A DNA stretch of 64,000 nt, taken from NCBI GenBank assembly GCA_018436925.1, contig JAHDKI010000006.1, positions 68,692 to 132,691 on the forward strand, written 5' to 3'. Numbering within the stretch: position 1 is the stretch's first letter; each line of letters starts with the position of its first letter. The position numbers and the translations under genes are program-made. Below are positions 1 through 7,469 of the stretch, one piece after another. The notes beneath the pieces were generated by a model. It ran no database searches. It was not told the origin of the DNA and saw only the letters and a list, made by a program, of their open reading frames with translations. This DNA is from Syntrophaceae bacterium. Lineage in GTDB: Bacteria > Desulfobacterota > Syntrophia > Syntrophales > Smithellaceae.

Positions 1-392
1 TCAAGGACTGTATTTCAACCGTTTTCGACTCGGCGGAACAATTGATTATCGTTGAAACGGACGGCACCGCAAACTCCCGAAAAACGGCGCACAAACTTTT
101 TGCCGCCGATCCGATCAAGCGAGCGACCGAACTCAAAACTTTGGGGGTGGAGGTTCTGATCTGCGGAGCTATTTCCCGTCCGATGCAGTCGTCGATCCGG
201 TCTCAGGGCATTGCTGTTCATCCTTTTGTCCGCGGCGCCGTGGAAGACGTGCTGAGCGCCTATCAGAACAATCGTCTTGCCCTTCCGGTCTTTTCTTTGC
301 CGGGGTGTCGGGGCAAAGCAGACGGATGCTATCGAAAACAAAGCCGCATACGGGGTCAGGCACCGGGGGCGCGGTGCAGATGGAGGTCGTAA
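1..392 (+). CDS. NifB/NifX-family cofactor-binding domain protein, 5' end cut by window edge, with Arg/Gly/Cys-rich C-terminal tail
   Basis: The frame stays open back to nt 3 (KDCISTVFDSAEQLIIVETDG), so the TTG at 42 is not the true start. It aligns by eye with the paralog at 43813-44214 (VFDSA, GVEV-ICGAIS, AY, xPGC[RK]G tail). Confidence 0.7.
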   Translation, partial: KDCISTVFDSAEQLIIVETDGTANSRKTAHKLFAADPIKRATELKTLGVEVLICGAISRPMQSSIRSQGIAVHPFVRGAVEDVLSAYQNNRLALPVFSLPGCRGKADGCYRKQSRIRGQAPGARCRWRS

Positions 393-450
393 GACTCGGA
401 GGGACATGAAGCCCCCCCGTCAATTTTTATATCGCAAAGGAGATAAAACA

Positions 451-999
451 TTGAACTCGTCCATTCCCAAAGAATTGTTTTTCACCAAAGGCGTCGGCAC
501 ACACCGCGAGCAGCTCCATTCTTTTGAGCTGGCGCTGCGCGATGCAGGCATAGAGAAATGCAACCTGGTTCAGGTCTCAAGCATTATGCCGCCCGGGTGC
601 CGGATTATTTCGAAGGCGGAAGGATTAAAGAAGCTCAAGCCAGGCGCCATCACCTTTTGCGTCATGAGCCGCTGCTGCTCAAATGAACCGAGGCGTCTGA
701 TATCGGCCTCCGTCGGATGCGCGATTCCCGTGGATAAAAAAACCTATGGATATATCAGCGAGCATCACGCCTTCGGTTACACCGAACGCCAGACAGGAGA
801 CTATGCCGAAGATCTTGCGGCGGCCATGCTCGCCTCGACGCTCGGTATCGACTTCAATGTGGACGAAAGCTGGGATGAAAAAAAGGAGCTTTTCAAGATC
901 AGCGGCAAGATCGTAGGCACCCGCAATACAACGCAGTCGGCCGTTTTAAAAACCGGAGATTACACGACCGTGCTCGCGGCCGCAGTGTTTGTTTTCTGA
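451..999 (+). CDS. pdaD: pyruvoyl-dependent arginine decarboxylase
   Basis: Shows the PdaD-like sequence FFTKGVGTHRE...NLVQVSSIMPPGC, with VSS as the self-cleavage/pyruvoyl site. AAGGAG lies 8 nt before the TTG at 451. An alternative ATG at 406 has a poorly spaced SD. The track ORF start at 277 overlaps the upstream gene and is unlikely. Confidence 0.85.
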   Translation: MNSSIPKELFFTKGVGTHREQLHSFELALRDAGIEKCNLVQVSSIMPPGCRIISKAEGLKKLKPGAITFCVMSRCCSNEPRRLISASVGCAIPVDKKTYGYISEHHAFGYTERQTGDYAEDLAAAMLASTLGIDFNVDESWDEKKELFKISGKIVGTRNTTQSAVLKTGDYTTVLAAAVFVF

Positions 1000-1084
1000 T
1001 TGCCTGATTCTGCGCAAGATCAGGCGAATCCATCAGCGACCGGCCAGAACGGTTGGCGGATTTACAGCCAAGGAGGAGAAAACC

Positions 1085-1306
1085 ATGAACGGAAGAAATC
1101 GCAACGCCGGAGGCATGGGACAAGGAGGCGGTCAAGGCCAGGGCCGAGGCGGCGGAGGTCGGGGTCGTATGGGCGGTCCGATGGCCGGAGGAGCAATCGG
1201 CGTTTGCCGCTGCCCAAACTGCGGCCACTCCCAACCCCATGAACGGGGCGTGCCGTGCACGCAGGTAAAATGCCCGCAATGCGGAACAAGTCTGGTTCGG
1301 GAGTAG
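1085..1306 (+). CDS. small Gly/Arg-rich protein with C-terminal CxxC...CxxC zinc ribbon
   Basis: AAGGAGGAG RBS precedes the ATG at 1085. The sequence is MNGRNRNAGGMGQGGGQGQGRGGGGRGRMGG followed by CPNCG...CPQCG. The upstream part of the track ORF (989-1084) has no support. Confidence 0.6.
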   Translation: MNGRNRNAGGMGQGGGQGQGRGGGGRGRMGGPMAGGAIGVCRCPNCGHSQPHERGVPCTQVKCPQCGTSLVRE

Positions 1307-1520
1307 CTCAACCGAATGGGGAATCATGGATCATCAGCCCCGGAGGACATAGGCGGCAAATCCTTGCCGCCGGGATGCCGGCGGCGCGTTGAACACCGCT
1401 TGACGCCGCCGGCACCAATGATGAACGCTGGAGAACAACGGCCAATAAAGGCTGCTTACCTGAACCAGAGACACAGCCAAGTCTTTTAGCGCCGCGCCCA
1501 CGCGGAGAAAAAGGAGTTTT

Positions 1521-1883
1521 ATGAAAATCGCAATAACGACATCCGGCAATGATCTATCGGCGCCGCTCGATCCGCGTTTCGGACGAGCGCCGAAGTTTTT
1601 GATTTACGACCTTGAGGCCGACACCTTCAACGTCATCGACAATCTTCAGAATTTGAACGCGGCTCAGGGCGCGGGCATTCAGTCCGGCCAAAATATCGCC
1701 AGGCAGGGCGTCAAAGCGCTGGTCACGGGCCACTGCGGCCCCAAAGCCTTTCGCGTGCTTCAGGCGGCGGGCATTAAAATCTTCAACACTTCCGCCTCCA
1801 CGGTCGCCGAAGCCCTCGATCAATATCGGACCGGCAAACTGACGGAAGCCGGATCAGCCGACGTTGAAGGACATTGGGCATGA
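1521..1883 (+). CDS. NifB/NifX-family (dinitrogenase Fe-Mo cofactor biosynthesis domain) protein
   Basis: MKIAITTSG...FGRAPKFLIYD...ALVTGHCGPKAF..L..AGIK is the typical NifX/NafY-like single-domain pattern. A good AAGGAG RBS is present. Confidence 0.8.
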   Translation: MKIAITTSGNDLSAPLDPRFGRAPKFLIYDLEADTFNVIDNLQNLNAAQGAGIQSGQNIARQGVKALVTGHCGPKAFRVLQAAGIKIFNTSASTVAEALDQYRTGKLTEAGSADVEGHWA

Positions 1884-2371
1884 CGGATTCTCGCATTGTT
1901 TATTCTCCGATCGGCGTGATTCGCAGCGAACATACGATTGCGGCCAACACCCCCATTCAGCCTGTTTATGCCAAAGGCTGCAAGGGCCGCGCTGAAATCA
2001 TCGACGCTTACAGCGAAGGCCTTTCGGACCTGGAGGGGTTTTCCCACATTTACCTGATTTACCATTTTAACCAAAGCCGGGAGGTGAAGTTGACCGTCAA
2101 GCCTTTTTTACAGGATGTGGATCGCGGCATTTTCTCAACCCGCGCGCCTTATCGCCCAAATCCCATCGGCTTGAGTGTCGTTGAATTGGTTAAAATCGAG
2201 GGAACGGTCTTATATTTTGACGGTGCGGATATTCTGGACGGGACGCCGCTGTTGGATATCAAACCCTACACGGCCAAGTTCGATCTGCACGAGGTGAAGA
2301 CGAACGGATGGCAGGACGAGGTGGATGAAAAAACGGCTCAACATCGCGGAAAAAGAGGGTATTCTCCATGA
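1880..2371 (+). CDS. TsaA/YaeB (TrmO)-like SAM-dependent methyltransferase family protein
   Basis: Shows PIGVIRSEH...GFSHIYLIYHF...RAPYRPNPIGLSVVEL...DILDGTPLLDIKPY. The ATG at 1880 overlaps the upstream stop (ATGA). Confidence 0.8.
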   Translation: MTDSRIVYSPIGVIRSEHTIAANTPIQPVYAKGCKGRAEIIDAYSEGLSDLEGFSHIYLIYHFNQSREVKLTVKPFLQDVDRGIFSTRAPYRPNPIGLSVVELVKIEGTVLYFDGADILDGTPLLDIKPYTAKFDLHEVKTNGWQDEVDEKTAQHRGKRGYSP

Positions 2372-3249
2372 ATATGTGCTTGGATTGCATTCCCTGTTTT
2401 GTCCGCCAGGCTGTGGACGCGGTCAGACTGTCGGGCGCCCCGGAAGAGGAACAAAATCGTTTGATGCAGCGGATTCTTCAATGGCTCGCGGATATAGACT
2501 TACGTCTCCCTCCGCCTGCGGCTTCACAGCGGATTCATCGGCGTTTGCGCGCCCTCCTGCCTACGGACGATCCTTATTTTGCGTCAAAGAAACACCACAA
2601 CGACCTGGCGGCGCGACTGGTTCCCTCCATTCGCCGCCGGATCGCCGCATCGCACGATCCGCTCGCAATGGCCGTCCGTTACGCGATTACGGGCAACATC
2701 ATCGATCTGGGTGCCAAAAATAATGTAGGATTCGGCGAAATTTACTCGGAGTTGCAAAGCGCCCCCATGCAACCCGTCTTCGGAGACCTGAATGTATTCA
2801 AAGAAAAACTTCTTCGGGCCCAGACCATTCTTTACCTGGCCGACAATGCAGGCGAAATTTTTTTCGACCGTCTGCTCATCGAGCAGCTGGTCCACGCAAA
2901 GGTAACGCTTGCCGTGCGCGGCGCGCCGGTCCTCAATGACGCGACCCGTTCCGACGCCCGACAGGCTCGCATCGATGAAATCGCGCAAATCATCGACAAC
3001 GGTTCGGACGCGCCCGGCACACTGCTCGACGACTGCACGGAGGATTTCCGTCGCCGATTCGACGAAGCGGATTTGATCATCGCCAAAGGCCAGGGAAATT
3101 ATGAAAGCCTTTCTGAAGCGCATCGGGAGGTCTTCTTTTTGTTTCGGACGAAATGTCCGGTCATCAGTCGTCATTCCGGATTCTCCATGGGCACATACGT
3201 GGCGGCCAACCGGCAATCCGAACCGCACACTCCGGGAGGCGGCGCATGA
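2368..3249 (+). CDS. DUF89 (ARMT1-like damage-control phosphatase) family protein
   Basis: Shows CLDCIPCFVRQ at the N-terminus, then LADNAGEIFFD and IAKGQGNYESL, which match DUF89 signatures. ATGA overlap with the upstream gene. Confidence 0.8.
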   Translation: MNMCLDCIPCFVRQAVDAVRLSGAPEEEQNRLMQRILQWLADIDLRLPPPAASQRIHRRLRALLPTDDPYFASKKHHNDLAARLVPSIRRRIAASHDPLAMAVRYAITGNIIDLGAKNNVGFGEIYSELQSAPMQPVFGDLNVFKEKLLRAQTILYLADNAGEIFFDRLLIEQLVHAKVTLAVRGAPVLNDATRSDARQARIDEIAQIIDNGSDAPGTLLDDCTEDFRRRFDEADLIIAKGQGNYESLSEAHREVFFLFRTKCPVISRHSGFSMGTYVAANRQSEPHTPGGGA

Positions 3250-4082
3250 GACTCTCCGTGGCATCGGGCAAAGGGGGAACCGGCAAGACAACGCTCAGCG
3301 CTAATCTGGCCAGGATTGCCCAACATACCGTCGTTTTGGCGGATTGCGATGTGGAAGAACCGAACGCGCATTTGTTTTTGAAAACATCCGATATCGAAGA
3401 AAAAGTCGTGAGTCTCCCGATTCCAAAGGTAGATGAAGCGCTTTGCGACGGCTGCGGCCTGTGCTCGAAAATCTGCCAGTTTTCCGCTATCGTCACGTTC
3501 GGCACGGCGCCTTTGGTGTTCCCTGAAATGTGTCACGGTTGCGGAGGCTGTGCGTTGGTGTGTCCGCCTAAGGCGATCACAGAGCATCCGCGCCGTATCG
3601 GGGTTGTCGAAATCTCCCAAGCGGAATCCATCACTCTGATAACCGGCAGGCTCGATGTGGGCGTGGCCCAGGCGCCGCCGCTCATCCGCGCGGTCAAGGA
3701 GGCCGTGCCTCCAAAAACCGACGCCATTTTTGACGCGCCGCCCGGCACCTCGTGCCCGGTTATTGCCGCCGTTCGGGACACGGATATGGTGCTTCTCGTA
3801 ACCGAACCCACGCCATTTGGCCTTCACGATCTTACGCTTGCCGTGGATATGGTGCGCGACTTACAATTGCCTTTTGGCGTCGTTGTAAACCGGATGGGGT
3901 CGGGCGATCGTCGCATTCAGGCGTTTTGTGAAAAACAACAGATTCCCATCTTGCTTGAAATTCCGGACGACCGGCGAATTGCAGAAGCTTACTCGCGAGG
4001 GATTCTGATGGTCGATGCCCTGCCCGAATATCGATCGCTTTTTGAGGATCTATGGAAAACCATCCGACAAAGTTTGAATTAA
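3246..4082 (+). CDS. MinD/ParA-class P-loop ATPase with inserted 2x[4Fe-4S] ferredoxin domain
   Basis: Deviant Walker A SGKGGTGKTT. Also CDVEEPN, two CxxCxxCxxxC motifs (CDGCGLCSKIC, CHGCGGCALVC) and PPGTSCP. The ATG at 3246 overlaps the DUF89 stop (ATGA). Confidence 0.85.
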   Translation: MRLSVASGKGGTGKTTLSANLARIAQHTVVLADCDVEEPNAHLFLKTSDIEEKVVSLPIPKVDEALCDGCGLCSKICQFSAIVTFGTAPLVFPEMCHGCGGCALVCPPKAITEHPRRIGVVEISQAESITLITGRLDVGVAQAPPLIRAVKEAVPPKTDAIFDAPPGTSCPVIAAVRDTDMVLLVTEPTPFGLHDLTLAVDMVRDLQLPFGVVVNRMGSGDRRIQAFCEKQQIPILLEIPDDRRIAEAYSRGILMVDALPEYRSLFEDLWKTIRQSLN

Positions 4083-4095
4083 GGAGAACAAAGAT

Positions 4096-4350
4096 ATGCC
4101 GACATATGAATATCAATGCAGCCGATGCGGTTTGCATTTTGAAAAACAGCAGCCAATGAACGATGAGCCGCTTTCTGTGTGTCCCGATTGCGAAGGAAGC
4201 GTAAAAAGGCTGGTGAGCGGAGGGACCGGTTTTATGATGAAGGGCAAAACCGGACGCTTGCAAGCCTCCGGAGGCTGTTCGCTTGAAGAAGCGGGAAGAA
4301 CCTGCTGCGGCGCCGCAAGCCGGTGCGGCAATTCAAACTGCGGGGACTAG
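4096..4350 (+). CDS. FmdB-family zinc-ribbon protein (CxxC_CxxC_SSSS type)
   Basis: MPTYEYQCSRCG...CPDCEG is the canonical FmdB N-terminus. The C-terminus is Cys-rich. AAGGAG RBS. Confidence 0.75.
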   Translation: MPTYEYQCSRCGLHFEKQQPMNDEPLSVCPDCEGSVKRLVSGGTGFMMKGKTGRLQASGGCSLEEAGRTCCGAASRCGNSNCGD

Positions 4351-4353
4351 ATC

Positions 4354-5307
4354 ATGTCTGCAAAACCTTTTCAGTATCTTTACGGCCCCGTGCCGTCCAG
4401 GCGACTGGGACGTTCACTGGGCATCGACCTGGTCCCTTATAAAACCTGCACGTATGACTGTATTTACTGCCAGTTGGGCAAGACGACGGAAAAAACGATT
4501 GAGCGGCGCGATTACGTTCCCGTAAGCGGCGTTCTTGACGAGCTTGCGGAAAAACTCGCTTCCGGAGCACCTTGCGACTATATCACGCTTGCCGGCTCAG
4601 GCGAACCGACGCTGCACGCCTGCCTGGAAGAACTGATCCGTAAAATCAAGGAAATGACCGGCATCCCCATCGCGGTCATCACCAACGGATCGCTTTTGTA
4701 TCTTCCGGAAGTCCGCGAATCGCTGATGCGCGCCGACCTCGTCGTTCCCTCGCTCGACGCGGGAGACGCGGTTCTGTTCGAATACGTCAACCGGCCGCAT
4801 CCGGACATTATTTTTGAACGGATGGCCGAAGGCCTGGTCGAATTCGGCAGACGCTATGAAGGGTGTTTATGGCTGGAAGTGTTGCTCGTTTCCGGCGTCA
4901 CCGGCCTGGCCTCGGAAGCGAAAAAAATCGCCGCCTGGGCGAAGAAAATCAACGCAGGGAAAATTCAGTTGGGCACGGTCAACCGGCCGGCTTGTGAGGA
5001 TTTTGCCTGTGCGGTGGATGCCAGGCAAATGAAAACACTCGTGGGCCTCTTCCCAGGCGAGGTGGACATGCTAGAAAACGACCGCCCCGCGGATCTGGCT
5101 CCGACGGGGCCGACCGATACGACAGACTCAGACATTCTGAGCCTTTTGGCCAGACGCCCCTGCACCCTTGAAGGCCTCTGCTCCGGGCTGGGCTTGAAGC
5201 CTCAAGATGCGGTCAAACGCATTGAAAGACTGATCGCATTGGGACGGGCTTCAACAAAACGCAATGGGCGTACTGTCTTTTACATCCAGGCGGAGCGTGG
5301 AGTATGA
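4354..5307 (+). CDS. radical SAM protein (COG0731-like) with C-terminal helix-turn-helix-like extension
   Basis: YGPVPSRRLGRSLGIDL followed by the CTYDCIYCQ (CxxxCxxC) radical SAM cluster motif. Also GSGEPTL. Confidence 0.85.
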   Translation: MSAKPFQYLYGPVPSRRLGRSLGIDLVPYKTCTYDCIYCQLGKTTEKTIERRDYVPVSGVLDELAEKLASGAPCDYITLAGSGEPTLHACLEELIRKIKEMTGIPIAVITNGSLLYLPEVRESLMRADLVVPSLDAGDAVLFEYVNRPHPDIIFERMAEGLVEFGRRYEGCLWLEVLLVSGVTGLASEAKKIAAWAKKINAGKIQLGTVNRPACEDFACAVDARQMKTLVGLFPGEVDMLENDRPADLAPTGPTDTTDSDILSLLARRPCTLEGLCSGLGLKPQDAVKRIERLIALGRASTKRNGRTVFYIQAERGV

Positions 5308-6161
5308 AGGAATGGGTCATCATCAGCGGCAAGGGAGGAACGGGTAAAACCAGCATCGCGGCTTCATTGGCCTTTCTGGCCGGCCGCCCGGTGATTTGCG
5401 ATTGCGATGTGGACGCGGCGGATTTGCATCTGGTTTTAGAGCCTGATGTTCTTGAAGAACATGAGTTTCGAAGCGGGCATGAAGCGGTGATCCGACCCGA
5501 CGATTGCAACGGCTGCGGCATCTGTCAGGACTTGTGCCGTTTTAAAGCGATTCATGAAGAGGGTCGGATTTTTTCAGTTGATCCGGTTTCGTGCGAGGGT
5601 TGCGGCGTGTGCGTGCACTTCTGTCCTCAAAAAGCGATTGACTTTCCGGAGAGTCTTTGTGGTAAGTGGTTCATTTCGGAAACAAGGCTCGGTCCGATGG
5701 TTCATGCGCGACTCGGCGTGGCGGCTGAAAACTCGGGCAAGCTGGTTTCCACCGTGCGCCAGGAAGCGCGCAAACTCGCTGAACAAAACGGCCATGATCT
5801 CATCTTGGTGGACGGCCCCCCGGGCATCGGCTGTCCGGTCATCGCTTCGGTCACGGGCGCGTCACAGGTTTTAGTGATTACAGAACCGACTGTATCGGGG
5901 AAGCACGATCTGGAAAGGGTTCTGGGACTGACAAGACATTTTCAGATTCCGGCGGCCGTCTGCGTCAACAAATGGGACATCAATCCCGAAATGACCGAAG
6001 CCATCGAGCAAGCGGCAAAAGAGGCCGGCGCCGCCGTCGCGGGACGTATTCGCTACGATAGAGATGTAACCCGGGCGCAAATTGAGAAAAAAACGGTCCT
6101 GGAAACAAACGCAGCATGCGGTTTGGATATTCTCAGCATATGGAAGCATTTGAATGCTTGA
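5304..6161 (+). CDS. MinD/ParA-class P-loop ATPase with inserted 2x[4Fe-4S] ferredoxin domain (paralog of 3246-4082)
   Basis: Shows SGKGGTGKTS, CDCDVDAAD, CNGCGICQDLC, CEGCGVCVHFC and PPGIGCP. ATGA overlap with the radical SAM stop. Confidence 0.85.
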   Translation: MKEWVIISGKGGTGKTSIAASLAFLAGRPVICDCDVDAADLHLVLEPDVLEEHEFRSGHEAVIRPDDCNGCGICQDLCRFKAIHEEGRIFSVDPVSCEGCGVCVHFCPQKAIDFPESLCGKWFISETRLGPMVHARLGVAAENSGKLVSTVRQEARKLAEQNGHDLILVDGPPGIGCPVIASVTGASQVLVITEPTVSGKHDLERVLGLTRHFQIPAAVCVNKWDINPEMTEAIEQAAKEAGAAVAGRIRYDRDVTRAQIEKKTVLETNAACGLDILSIWKHLNA

Positions 6162-6190
6162 TGACATAAAAAGAGGAGGCGTGTAACATC

Positions 6191-7084
6191 GTGGAAAGCA
6201 AAAAATCATGCAGTTCGTGTTCGGATTCAAGCTGTTCGGCAAAAAAACAGGGGGCAAATGAGACGAAGGAAGAGTATGCGGATCGTCAACGTCTTGCAGC
6301 AAGACTTTGCCGCATTCAAAATAAGATTGTGGTGCTTTCCGGCAAGGGCGGTGTTGGCAAGAGCACCGTGGCGGTGAATCTGGCCACGGCGCTGGCCTTA
6401 AACGGTCTGCGCGTGGGGCTTCTGGATGTCGATATTCACGGCCCCAGCGTGCCCACCATGCTTGGGCTGGAGGGCGCCTCGCTCAAGGGAAACCCCGGAG
6501 AGCTCTTCCCCGTTGAATTCGGCGGGCTGAAAGTCATGTCTTTAGGGTTTCTCCTGCAAAACCCGGATGATGCGGTCCTCTGGCGCGGCCCGATGAAGAT
6601 GGGCGTCATCAAGCAGTTTCTCACGGACGTCAACTGGGGGGACCTGGATTATCTGATTGTCGATGCGCCTCCGGGGACCGGCGATGAGCCACTGTCCTTA
6701 TGCCAGTTGATCCAGCCGCTTGACGGCGCGGTCATTGTGACCACTCCCCAGAAAGTCGCCGCCGTCGACGTGCGCAAGTCCATCAGTTTCTGCAGAAGGC
6801 TGGAGGTGCCGGTTCTGGGTATCGTGGAGAATATGAGCGGCTTTGTCTGTCCCAAATGCGGCGAGCTCACGCAAATCCTTCCGGAAGGCGGCGGACGGCA
6901 GATCGCAACGGACATGAACGTAACCTTCCTGGGTGCGATTCCGATGGATCCCGGCATTGCCCAGTCCGGGGATTCCGGCAAGGTTTTCATTTATCATTCG
7001 TCGGAAACGCCGACCGGAAAGATTCTGCAAAGTATCATCGATCAAATTACGGAGCCGGACAAAACAAAAAATATCAACGCATAA
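6191..7084 (+). CDS. Mrp/NBP35/ApbC-family Fe-S cluster carrier ATPase with Cys-rich N-terminus
   Basis: Shows SGKGGVGKSTV, LLDVDIHGPS, DYLIVDAPPGTGDE and the FVCPKCG (CPxC) motif. The N-terminal stretch is CSSCSDSSCS. GTG start with AGGAGG upstream. Confidence 0.9.
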   Translation: MESKKSCSSCSDSSCSAKKQGANETKEEYADRQRLAARLCRIQNKIVVLSGKGGVGKSTVAVNLATALALNGLRVGLLDVDIHGPSVPTMLGLEGASLKGNPGELFPVEFGGLKVMSLGFLLQNPDDAVLWRGPMKMGVIKQFLTDVNWGDLDYLIVDAPPGTGDEPLSLCQLIQPLDGAVIVTTPQKVAAVDVRKSISFCRRLEVPVLGIVENMSGFVCPKCGELTQILPEGGGRQIATDMNVTFLGAIPMDPGIAQSGDSGKVFIYHSSETPTGKILQSIIDQITEPDKTKNINA

Positions 7085-7094
7085 GGAGCATCCT

Positions 7095-7433
7095 ATGAAA
7101 ATCGCCATTCCGTTAGCCGAAGGCAGGTTAGCGATGCATTTCGGACATTGCGCAAGTTTCGCGCTGGTGGATATCGATCCAGAGACGAAGAAAATTATCA
7201 AAACGGAAGAACTGGCCGCGCCGCCCCATCAACCGGGGCTTTTGCCGCCTTGGCTTGCCGAGCGCGGCGCGACGATGATTATCGCCGGCGGTATGGGACA
7301 GCGAGCTCAGCAGCTTTTCGCCCAGCAGGGCATCCAGGTCGTGGTGGGGGCGCCCGCCGAAACCCCTGAAAAAATCATCACAGACTATTTTGCCGGTTCA
7401 CTGAAGGTGGGTGACAACATCTGCGACCATTAA
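7095..7433 (+). CDS. NifB/NifX-family cofactor-binding domain protein
   Basis: Shows MKIAIPLAEGRLAMHFGHC..F...D and IIAGGMGQRA..LF...GI. AAGGAG RBS before the ATG at 7095. Confidence 0.8.
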   Translation: MKIAIPLAEGRLAMHFGHCASFALVDIDPETKKIIKTEELAAPPHQPGLLPPWLAERGATMIIAGGMGQRAQQLFAQQGIQVVVGAPAETPEKIITDYFAGSLKVGDNICDH

Positions 7434-7469
7434 GACTATCCTTTCTGACAAATAGGGAAATGGTGCGCC

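Noticed and set aside
277-450. N-terminal extensions proposed by the ORF track: pdaD from 277, 989-1084, 3153-3245, 26426-27823 upstream part, 30728-30913, 52104-52238, 54200-54238, 55603-55617, 41505-41627.
   Set aside because: The extensions overlap the preceding gene or lack an RBS. In each case an internal start has a proper SD or an ATGA coupling, and the family-typical N-terminus begins there.
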